Shown: piece after piece, positions 17,692-25,614 of the stretch | Numbering within the stretch: the first letter of the stretch is position 1 | Layout of the letters: the number at the start of each line of letters is the position of its first letter | NCBI GenBank assembly: GCA_038320055.1 | Contig: JBBQDU010000003.1 | Span: forward strand, 1 to 43,492 | Length of the DNA: 43,492 nucleotides | Origin: Gemmatimonadales bacterium | GTDB taxonomy: Bacteria; Gemmatimonadota; Gemmatimonadetes; Gemmatimonadales; GWC2-71-9 | Direction: 5' to 3' | The notes under the pieces: model-generated | Told to the model about the DNA's origin: nothing | Database searches by the model: none | What the model saw: only the letters and a program-made list of their open reading frames with translations | Made by a program: the position numbers and the translations under genes

Positions 17692-20373
17692 CTAGCCCAC
17701 GGACGCGGTGAAGATGTGCTGGAGGTCGCGGGCCGAGCGCGCCCGCGTCCGCGCCTGCGACGCATACGGACCGGCCGGATCCAGCTGCACCACGCGCTCC
17801 CATGCCCGGACGGCCCGATCGAACTGGCGTTGTCGGGCGAGCGCCGCGCCCTCGTGGTACAGCGCGCCGGCGTGCTCAGGATCGAAGCGAAGCACGCGCT
17901 CGAACGCCTGAAGCGCCTCGGCGGTGCGGCCGTCCTCGAGCAGCGCGCGGCCCAGCGCGGTGAGCGCTTCGAGCTCGTAGGGATCGGCCTCGAGCAGCCG
18001 TACCAGGACGTCGATGGTCGCGCGCGGAGCCTCGGTGCGGCGGAGCAGGTCCGCCAGCGCGAGCGCCGCGGCGCCGTAGGTCGGGAGCAGATCCAGCGCC
18101 CGCTCGTACGCCGCGCGCGCCGCCGGCCAGTTCCCTCGCTCCTCCTCGATGCCACCGAGCTCGAACCACACGCGGACGAGCGAGGGGTCGAGCTGCAGCG
18201 CCGCATTGAAGGCGGCGAGCGCCGCGGCCCGGTCGCCCAGGCGCGCGGAGACCTGCGCCTGCAGGTGGAACAGATCGGGACGGCCGGGCGCGAGCGTCTG
18301 GGCCTCGCGAATGCAGTCGAGCGCGCCGAGCGCATCGTGCACGGCCAGCCGCACTCGCGCGCGGGCCACGAGCACCTCGACATCCCCCCGAACTCGGCAG
18401 GCCAGCTCGTCGGCGAGCGGAGCGGCCTCGCCGGCCCAGCCGAGGGCCAGGAGCGCGCGAATCTCGCCGAGGGTGGCGTCGGCGTCGTCCGGCATGGCCG
18501 CGCGAGCGGCCCGATAGCGCTCGAGTGCCTCTCCGTAGAGGCCCCGCTTGGCGAAGATGTCGCCCAGCAGGACGGCGGTGGCCCCCGGCTCGGCGCCGCG
18601 CACCTGGGCCCGGCCCAGCTCGGCCGAGGCCAGATCGAGCAACCCTTTGGCGATGTAATCGCGCGCCAGGACCAGCACGTCTCCCCCGGTTCCCACGGCC
18701 GCCGACGTGGCGGGCGTCAACTCCGCGAACAGCTGGTCGAGGGCCGGCGGATCGAAGGTGAACTCGCCTCCCAGCTGCTCGCCGGGCACCTCGGCGCCCA
18801 GTTCGGGCGCGATGGCGATCGTCGGGTCCTCGTACTGAAGGTCGATCGTCAACGAGAACTTCTGCGGCACGTAGAGCGGCTCGAGCTCGAGGGCGAGCCG
18901 CGTTTCGCGCAGGGCCCCGTCGAAGTCGCCCAGCTGGCTCAGAACGAAGCTCAGGTTGTAGCGCGCGCCGGCCATCCGGGGATCGGCGTCCACCGCCCGG
19001 CCGAACGCGTTGCGCGCGTCCTCGAATCGGCGCAGCTCCATCAGCACGAGCCCGACGCCGTTCCAGGCGACGGCGCTCCCGCTCTGCTCGCCCAGCGCGA
19101 GCTGGTATTCGTCGAGCGCGGCGCGAAGCTGGTGGCGCTGGAGGCAGAGCAGCCCGAGGTTGAGCCGGGCGGTGAACAGCGGCCGGTCCCCCGCGAGTGC
19201 CCGGCGGAACGCGGCGACAGCGGCGTCGCCCGGCTCGCTGGCGCGCACCACCCCGAGAGTGTTCCAGGCCAGCTGGTAGTCGGCGTCCGCGGCGACGGCG
19301 CGCTCGTAGGAGGCGATCGCGTCGTCCCGACGCCCGGCCTGGTGGAGGCACACGCCGCGCTCGTTCCAGAGCTTGGGCGACTCGGCGTGCTCGCGCACCA
19401 GCATGTCGTACAGGTCGAGGGCCTCGCCCAGCTCGCGACGCAGGAGATGCACCTCGGCCATCGCCTGGAGGGTCATGCGGCGGTCTTCGCCGGCCTCGAG
19501 CGCCAGTCGATATTCGCCGAGCGCCTGGTCGTGCAGCCCCTTTTGCCGAAGCGCGAGGCCCAGATTGTAGTGCGCGAGCGCGCCCCCCGCGACGATCTGG
19601 GGCCGCGCGCCCGTGCGCAAGCCGCCCCCCGCCGGGCCGCCGTTCACCCCGTACCGCTCGAGGGCGAGGTTCGCCTGGGCTCGGGCCAGGGTCGGATTCA
19701 GCTTGATGGCGCGCTTGGTGGACTCGCGCGCTTCCTCGTGGCGTCCGAGGTCGCCGTACAGAAACGCGAGGAGGTAGTGGGCCTCCGCATACTCCGGGTT
19801 CCGTTCGATGGCGCCGCGGAGCGCCTCGAGTGCGGGCTCGTTGAGGCCGCGGTTGTAGAGCACCTCGCCGTGATAGAAGCGGGCCACCGCGCTGGTGGGC
19901 TCCGCGGCACAGGCGCGGGCCAGCCAGTCGGTGGCGGTGTCCAGGTTGCCGCGCGCCTTCTCGGCGAGGCCGAGCTGCAGCATGGCGGGGACGTCGGCAG
20001 GGTGCCACGCGAGCAACGCCTGAAACTCGGCGATGGCCTCGGTGTGACGGCCGAGGGCGGCGTGCGCCCGGGCCAGCTCCCAGCGGGCGTCGCGGTCTTC
20101 CGGATGCCGGCGGACCCGCTCCCGCAAGTCGGTTACCCGGCGGTCGTAGTGCCCGCTCTCCCGGTAGGCGATGTCGAGGTTGCTTTGCGCCACCTGCATC
20201 CGCGGATCCAACTCGAGCGCGCGGACGAACTCGGTGATCGCGTCGTCGATCAGCCCCTTCTGGTAGTAGAGCACGCCCAGATTATTGTGGGCGCCGGCAT
20301 CGGCGGGGTCGATCCGGTGGGCAAAGGAGCGCAGGACGGCGAGGTCGCGCTCCGACAGAACGGGCCCGGGCAT
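17692..20373 (-). CDS. Large cytoplasmic TPR scaffold (893 aa)
   Basis: Many TPRs along the whole length (AHNNLGVLYY, AHYNLGLAL, AWNGVGLVL); no signal peptide seen. Confidence 0.9.
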   Translation of the reverse strand: MPGPVLSERDLAVLRSFAHRIDPADAGAHNNLGVLYYQKGLIDDAITEFVRALELDPRMQVAQSNLDIAYRESGHYDRRVTDLRERVRRHPEDRDARWELARAHAALGRHTEAIAEFQALLAWHPADVPAMLQLGLAEKARGNLDTATDWLARACAAEPTSAVARFYHGEVLYNRGLNEPALEALRGAIERNPEYAEAHYLLAFLYGDLGRHEEARESTKRAIKLNPTLARAQANLALERYGVNGGPAGGGLRTGARPQIVAGGALAHYNLGLALRQKGLHDQALGEYRLALEAGEDRRMTLQAMAEVHLLRRELGEALDLYDMLVREHAESPKLWNERGVCLHQAGRRDDAIASYERAVAADADYQLAWNTLGVVRASEPGDAAVAAFRRALAGDRPLFTARLNLGLLCLQRHQLRAALDEYQLALGEQSGSAVAWNGVGLVLMELRRFEDARNAFGRAVDADPRMAGARYNLSFVLSQLGDFDGALRETRLALELEPLYVPQKFSLTIDLQYEDPTIAIAPELGAEVPGEQLGGEFTFDPPALDQLFAELTPATSAAVGTGGDVLVLARDYIAKGLLDLASAELGRAQVRGAEPGATAVLLGDIFAKRGLYGEALERYRAARAAMPDDADATLGEIRALLALGWAGEAAPLADELACRVRGDVEVLVARARVRLAVHDALGALDCIREAQTLAPGRPDLFHLQAQVSARLGDRAAALAAFNAALQLDPSLVRVWFELGGIEEERGNWPAARAAYERALDLLPTYGAAALALADLLRRTEAPRATIDVLVRLLEADPYELEALTALGRALLEDGRTAEALQAFERVLRFDPEHAGALYHEGAALARQRQFDRAVRAWERVVQLDPAGPYASQARTRARSARDLQHIFTASVG

Positions 20374-20377
20374 CGGA

Positions 20378-20998
20378 TCAGGGGAGACGAATGGCGTCGA
20401 AGATCGCCCGCAGCGACGGCGTGTCGGGCAGCAGCAGGAAGTGACCGCGCAGGGGCTCGAGGGCGCCTTCCACCCGAAACGAGGTCTCGACGCAGAAGAC
20501 GAAGTCCCGGTCGTGGCCGAAGTTGAGGTAGGTGGTCGTGAGCACCGCGGCGTTCAGGTCGATCACGAGGCTCGGGACGGACGGGACCAGCATCATGCCC
20601 ATGAAATCGCTCAGCGCGTTCATGTACGCGCTGGCGAGGATGTTCCCCGCCTCCTTGAGCCCCGACTGCTCCATCACGCCGAACTCGCCGGTCGTCCCGG
20701 CACTCCGCCGGAGCAGTATATCACAGAGCGTTCGGGCCGACCCTTCCGGAAACAGGACCAGGGTGCGGCCGGTGAGATCGCCCATCATCTGCATCAGCAC
20801 CGCGGCGACGACCTCGTCGGGGCGGCCCACCATGTCGGTGACCTCCTCGAGCGGCCGGACGTTCACCTCGGGCACGGCAATCATGATGGTGCGGTTGGTC
20901 ATCTGCGACAGCGCGGTGGCCGCGTGGCCGGCCCCGATATTGGCCACCTCGCGCAGCGCGTCGAGCTGCAGTGCCTTCAAGCCCCGCACGTCTTCCAT
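20378..20998 (-). CDS. cheC: CheY-P phosphatase CheC
   Basis: Two E-x-x-N sites (DALREVANIGAGHAATALS, LKEAGNILASAYMNALS); FLLLPD near the C-terminus. Confidence 0.93.
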   Translation of the reverse strand: MEDVRGLKALQLDALREVANIGAGHAATALSQMTNRTIMIAVPEVNVRPLEEVTDMVGRPDEVVAAVLMQMMGDLTGRTLVLFPEGSARTLCDILLRRSAGTTGEFGVMEQSGLKEAGNILASAYMNALSDFMGMMLVPSVPSLVIDLNAAVLTTTYLNFGHDRDFVFCVETSFRVEGALEPLRGHFLLLPDTPSLRAIFDAIRLP

Positions 20999-21012
20999 AA
21001 GTCGCTCTCTCC

Positions 21013-22881
21013 CTACAGCAGTGCCGCGACGTCGAGCACGAGCGCCGGAGCGCCGTCGGCCAGGATCGTCGCGCCGCCCACGTACGGCGGCATGCCGCGC
21101 GGGGCGTCGAAGGGGGCCACCACGATGTCCTGCTGCCCGAGCAGGGCGTCCACCACGAGCGCGCTACGCCGCTCGCCGATCTCGAGGATGACGGCCGGCG
21201 GCCGGGCCGGGGCGTCGCCCTTGGCGCTCGACACCAGGTCGCGCAGGCGCACGGTCGGAATCACCCGCTCGCGCACCACCAGCGCCTCGCGCTGCCGGAG
21301 CGAGGTAACCGCCCGAGGATCGAACGACACCGTCTCGGCTACGTACGCGAGCGGCACCGCGAACCGCTCGCCGCCGGCGTCGGCCAGGAGCGCCCGCACG
21401 ATGGCGAGCGTCAGCGGCACGCGAATCAGGAAGGTCGTACCCTTGCCGACCTCGGTGCGGATCTCGAGTGTCCCGCCCAACGCGCGCACCCGCGTCATGG
21501 CGACATCCACCCCGACGCCGCGGCCCGACACGCCGCTCACCGCCTCCGCCGTGCTGAACCCCGGCCGGGCGATCAGCCGGAGCAGGAGGTCGTCGCTCGC
21601 CGTATCGTCGGCCGCGTCGGCATAGCCTTCGCGCCGGGCCTTGGCCAGGATCGCGGCGCGGTCGAGACCGCGCCCGTCGTCGCTCAACCGCAGGGTGACG
21701 CTATTCCGCTCTCGGGCGGCCGAGAGGAGGATCCGGCCCTCGGGCGGCTTGCCGGCGGCGGCGCGGGCCTCGGCGGACTCGATGCCGTGGTCGGCCGCGT
21801 TCCGGATCAGATGCAGCAGGGGCTCGCCGATCTCGTCGAGGATGGCGCGGTCGAGCTCGATCTCATCGCCCTCGACGTCCAAGCGGATCTGCTTGCCCAG
21901 ATCGCGCGAGAGGTCGCGGACCAGTCGCGGGAATCGGTCGAACACTTCCCCGACGGGCGTCATCCGCGACGCGATCACTTCCGCCTGCATGCCCGACACG
22001 AGGCGCGAGATGCGGTCGCTCAGCTCGGTGAGCGCGGGGTCGTCCGACGCGACCGCCATGACTCCGAGCCGGTTCTTCGCGACGACCAGCTCGCCCACCT
22101 GTTTCATCAGCCGATCCAGTCGCTGCAGATCCACCTTGATCTGTCGGTGGCGGCCGGCGCCATCGAGCTCGAGCCCGGACGCTTCCTCGATGCGCACCGA
22201 TTCGATCTCGCCGGCCGCGCGGATCGCGGCGACCAGCACCTCGTCTGCCTCGCGCGACTCGATGCGGAAGCTGACCCGCCCGTCGAAGGCCTCCCGCTCG
22301 AGCTGGGCGAAGGACGGACGAACGGCGGAGATCACGCCGAGCACCTCGGCGCGGCGCACCGCGAGGATCGCGCGGGCGCCGCGCATGACCGCGTCGGACT
22401 TGATCAGCATGCGCACCGTGCGGGCCCGGGGGGCATCGGTCGCGCGCCGGCGTGGCGCACCCGCGACGGCCGTCGGGTGAACGCCCGGTCCCGCGTCCCG
22501 AGTAGGGCCGCCGGAGGCCGCTTCGAGTGCGGCCGCCAACGCCGGCTCGGCCAACGGATCCCGCCCGGCGGCCGCCTCTTCCACGCTCCGGCCGAGCGTA
22601 TCCACGGCACGGAAGAGCAACTCGAACGTCCCCGCGCGGACCATGACCCGGCCATCCCGCAACGCATCCAGGAGGCTTTCCATCCGGTGCGCCAGCTCGG
22701 CCACGCCGGTGAACCCCATCGTGGCGGCCATGCCCTTGATGGTGTGAATGGACCGGAACAGCCCGCTCACGGCGTCGGTGGCCGCGGGATCGCGCTCCCA
22801 CTGGAGCAAGAGGTGGTTGCAGCTGCTCAGGTGCTCACGGCTCTCGGCCAGGAAGAGCGCGGCGTACTTCGAGATGTCCAC
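21013..22881 (-). CDS. cheA: Chemotaxis histidine kinase CheA
   Basis: HPt FRSIHTIKGMA; P2-like segment; LDRLMKQVGELV; HLIRNAADHG, DDGRG, PGFST, SGRGVG; C-terminal CheW domain. Confidence 0.96.
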   Translation of the reverse strand: MDISKYAALFLAESREHLSSCNHLLLQWERDPAATDAVSGLFRSIHTIKGMAATMGFTGVAELAHRMESLLDALRDGRVMVRAGTFELLFRAVDTLGRSVEEAAAGRDPLAEPALAAALEAASGGPTRDAGPGVHPTAVAGAPRRRATDAPRARTVRMLIKSDAVMRGARAILAVRRAEVLGVISAVRPSFAQLEREAFDGRVSFRIESREADEVLVAAIRAAGEIESVRIEEASGLELDGAGRHRQIKVDLQRLDRLMKQVGELVVAKNRLGVMAVASDDPALTELSDRISRLVSGMQAEVIASRMTPVGEVFDRFPRLVRDLSRDLGKQIRLDVEGDEIELDRAILDEIGEPLLHLIRNAADHGIESAEARAAAGKPPEGRILLSAARERNSVTLRLSDDGRGLDRAAILAKARREGYADAADDTASDDLLLRLIARPGFSTAEAVSGVSGRGVGVDVAMTRVRALGGTLEIRTEVGKGTTFLIRVPLTLAIVRALLADAGGERFAVPLAYVAETVSFDPRAVTSLRQREALVVRERVIPTVRLRDLVSSAKGDAPARPPAVILEIGERRSALVVDALLGQQDIVVAPFDAPRGMPPYVGGATILADGAPALVLDVAALL

Positions 22882-22884
22882 TCG

Positions 22885-23247
22885 TCAGCCCAGGACGCGC
22901 TGCACGGCCTCGAGCACGCGGGAGGGCTGGAAGGGCTTGACCACGAAGTCCTTGGCCCCGGCCTGAATGGCTTCGACCACCAGGGCCTGCTGGCCCATGG
23001 CGCTGCACATCAGGATCTTTGCATCGGGATCGGTCTTGCAGATCTCGCGCACCGCTTCGATCCCGCCCATGTCGGGCATCACGATATCCATCGTCACCAG
23101 GTCGGGCTTGAGCAGGTGGTACTTCTCCACCGCCTGCGAGCCCGACTCGGCCTCGCCGACGACCTCGAACCCGGCCTGCGTCAGGATGTCGCTGATCATG
23201 GTGCGCATGAAGATGGCGTCATCGCAGACAAGCACTGTGTGGCTCAC
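22885..23247 (-). CDS. cheY: Response regulator CheY
   Basis: DDAIFMR, TMDIVMP, MCSAMGQ, KPF; resembles Bacillus/Thermotoga-type CheY. Confidence 0.93.
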   Translation of the reverse strand: MSHTVLVCDDAIFMRTMISDILTQAGFEVVGEAESGSQAVEKYHLLKPDLVTMDIVMPDMGGIEAVREICKTDPDAKILMCSAMGQQALVVEAIQAGAKDFVVKPFQPSRVLEAVQRVLG

Positions 23248-23289
23248 AGACCCCCTCCGTGCAGTTCCGGGTGATTCGTGCGGCGGACA

Positions 23290-23727
23290 CTAGCTCCCGA
23301 TGATCGGCGCCATCAGCGCATCGACGTCGAGAAGGATGAAATGCTGGTCATCGCGGATACCGACCGCCTTCACCAGTCGAGGGTCGATACCCGGCAACTC
23401 GGCCCGGTCCGCGATCGAGTGTTCGGACACCTCGAGAAAGTCGAGCACCTGGCCCACGCCCAGTCCGTACCGGCGGCCCGCCACATCCATGACCACGATG
23501 GCCCCCTCGTCCTCCGCCTGGCGCGGCTGGTGAAGCAGGCGGTGGCCGTCGAGCACGGTGAGCAGCGTCCCCCGGACGTTGACCAATCCCTCGATGGCCT
23601 CGGCGACCCCGGGAATCCGGGTGGCCGGCAGCCGCGGCAGGATCTCACGCACGATCCCTGCCGGGGCCGCGCAAATAAGCGCACCGATGCGAAAAATGAC
23701 GGCGTGGAGCGTCGGAGAGTCAGCCAT
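23290..23727 (-). CDS. cheW: CheW adaptor (first gene of the che-mgl block)
   Basis: From ATG 23727: IVREILP, TRIPG, EGLVNVRGTLLTVLDG, YGLGVGQV, ILLDVDAL. Confidence 0.9.
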   Translation of the reverse strand: MADSPTLHAVIFRIGALICAAPAGIVREILPRLPATRIPGVAEAIEGLVNVRGTLLTVLDGHRLLHQPRQAEDEGAIVVMDVAGRRYGLGVGQVLDFLEVSEHSIADRAELPGIDPRLVKAVGIRDDQHFILLDVDALMAPIIGS

Positions 23728-24757
23728 CTCTATTGAAGAAAAGAAGATAGCCCAGGGGGTCAGGCCGAGCAACCAAGTCTTCGCCACCGAGTGCAAGAAG
23801 TGCATGCCGCAGATCGGGGGGCCATTCCGCGTGAAATTCCAGGGGTTCACCCGAGGCGGGGTGGCGGAATGCCAGAACAGCCGCGTGCAATGCCTGCCGC
23901 GGCGTGGCGCGCTCCAGCAGTTCCGCCGCGCGCCGCGGTGAGCCCGAGATCCTTCGGCTGCCCCCGCCACCGTAGACCGGGTCCCCCACCACGGGGTGCC
24001 CGATATGCTCCAGATGGACACGAATCTGGTGCGTGCGTCCGGAGTGGAGCTCGAGCCGCAGCAAGTCGGCCACGCCGAAACGCCCGACCACGAAGGCGTC
24101 GGTGCGGGCGGACCGGCCCTCGGGCACGACGGCCATCCGCTTCCGATCCTGCGGGTGGCGCGCGAGCGGGGCCTCGATGACCGTGGGGCTCTGGTCCAGA
24201 TGGCCCCAGGCGAGCGCGGCGTAGGTCCGCCGCACTCGGCGGCTGGCGATCGCCGCGCCGAGCCGGCGGTGCGCGAGATCGGTCTTGGCAACCACCATGA
24301 GCCCGGAGGTATCGCGGTCGAGCCGGTGCACGATCCCCGGCCTTCCCGCGGCACCGCCGGAGAGGGTGGTGCCGCGGGCCACGAGCGCGTTGACGAGGGT
24401 ATCGTCCCAGTGTCCCGGGGCCGGATGGACGACCAGGCCGGCGGGCTTGTCGATGACCGCCAGATGGTCGTCTTCGAACAGGACGGTCAGCCGAATCGCC
24501 GCGGGCTGGAGCGTTCGGGGCGGCTCGTGGTCGGGGATGCGCACCACGACATGGGCGCCGCGGGAAAGGGTGCGGGATGCTCGGGCGGTCTTGCCGTCGA
24601 CGTCTACCGCGTGGCTCGCCACCAGCCGCGCGGCCTGGGTGCGGGAGAGGCCAAGCTGATCGGCGAGAAAGCGGTCGAGGCGCTCGGTGGCCTCGGCCGA
24701 GACCGTGAAGACGACCTCAGGCAGTCGAGGCGGACTCCGGACCGGGACGCTGGGCAT
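23720..24757 (-). CDS. rluD: RluD-family pseudouridine synthase
   Basis: S4-like RLDRFLA; DKPAGLVVHP; GIVHRLDRDTSG catalytic Asp; SGRTHQIRVH; RQALHA. Start approximate. Confidence 0.92.
   Translation of the reverse strand: MPSVPVRSPPRLPEVVFTVSAEATERLDRFLADQLGLSRTQAARLVASHAVDVDGKTARASRTLSRGAHVVVRIPDHEPPRTLQPAAIRLTVLFEDDHLAVIDKPAGLVVHPAPGHWDDTLVNALVARGTTLSGGAAGRPGIVHRLDRDTSGLMVVAKTDLAHRRLGAAIASRRVRRTYAALAWGHLDQSPTVIEAPLARHPQDRKRMAVVPEGRSARTDAFVVGRFGVADLLRLELHSGRTHQIRVHLEHIGHPVVGDPVYGGGGSRRISGSPRRAAELLERATPRQALHAAVLAFRHPASGEPLEFHAEWPPDLRHALLALGGEDLVARPDPLGYLLFFNRDG
23744..23772 (-). promoter_or_regulatory. Putative sigma70-type promoter TTGCTC-N17-TATCTT inside the rluD 3' end
   Basis: -35 at 23767-23772, 17-nt spacer, -10 at 23744-23749, then AT-rich CTTTTCTTCAATAGAG before the cheW ATG. 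Confidence 0.55.
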
Positions 24758-25247
24758 CCTCGCGCCACAGCGAGATCGCGAGGGCGATGGCACCGCAGCT
24801 CACCGCGATATCGGCGACGTTGAAGGTCGGCCAACGGAGCGCGCCAATCCCGACGTCGAGAAAGTCCACCACGCCCCGCGAGCTGCGGATGCGGTCGATC
24901 AGGTTGCCGGCGGCGCCGCCGGCCACCAGGCCAAGCGCCAACTGGCGGAAGCGGTCGCCGGGAGGGGCGGCCGCCGACATGCGGGCGAGCACGAACACGG
25001 CCACGAGCGCGACCGTGAAGAAGATCCAGCGGGAGTAGGGACCGACGTGCAGGCCGAAGGCCGCGCCCTGGTTGTACACCAGGCGCAACTGGAACCAGTC
25101 GCCCACCACGGAGATCCCGGGAGTGCGCAGCAGGGTGGCCTCGGCGACGACCTTGGTGATCAGGTCGAGCACCACCGTGATGACCGCCGCCGCCCAGAAC
25201 ACCCGGCGCTCGGCGCCGGGTGCCAGAACGTCAGCGGCGCTTTCCAT
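24717..25247 (-). CDS. lspA: Lipoprotein signal peptidase II
   Basis: DLITK, NQGAAFG, GAAGNLIDR, GVVDFL, PTFNVAD. Confidence 0.96.
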   Translation of the reverse strand: MESAADVLAPGAERRVFWAAAVITVVLDLITKVVAEATLLRTPGISVVGDWFQLRLVYNQGAAFGLHVGPYSRWIFFTVALVAVFVLARMSAAAPPGDRFRQLALGLVAGGAAGNLIDRIRSSRGVVDFLDVGIGALRWPTFNVADIAVSCGAIALAISLWREDAQRPGPESASTA

Positions 25248-25614
25248 CTTCCTCTTTCTCCTTGCAGGTGATGCAGAGCCGCGCGTGCGGCAGCGCATCC
25301 AGCCGCTCGAAGGTGATCTCCTGTCCGCACTGGTGGCAGTGCCCGAACTTGTCCGGAGTGCCGTACAGGCGGCGCAGCGCTTCGTTCACGTGCCACAGGT
25401 AGCGTCCTTCCTGGGACGCGAAGAGGAACTGCTTCTCCCGCTCCATGGCGTCGGTGCCCTGGTCCGCCATGTGAAACGAATAGGACGAGAGGTCTCCGTC
25501 GGACGACTGCAGCGTCGCGTTGAACGACTCGTCGTAGTAGCCCAGCTCTTTCATGACGCGGGCCCGCTCCTCCATGAGACGCTTCTCGAGATGTGTGAGT
25601 TGTTTCTTATTCAT
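25231..25614 (-). CDS. TraR/DksA-family C4 zinc-finger protein
   Basis: From ATG 25614 (MNKKQL...): coiled coil with HMADQGTD tip; C-x2-C-x17-C-x2-C (CHQC...ERLDALPHARLCITC). Confidence 0.9.
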   Translation of the reverse strand: MNKKQLTHLEKRLMEERARVMKELGYYDESFNATLQSSDGDLSSYSFHMADQGTDAMEREKQFLFASQEGRYLWHVNEALRRLYGTPDKFGHCHQCGQEITFERLDALPHARLCITCKEKEEDGKRR

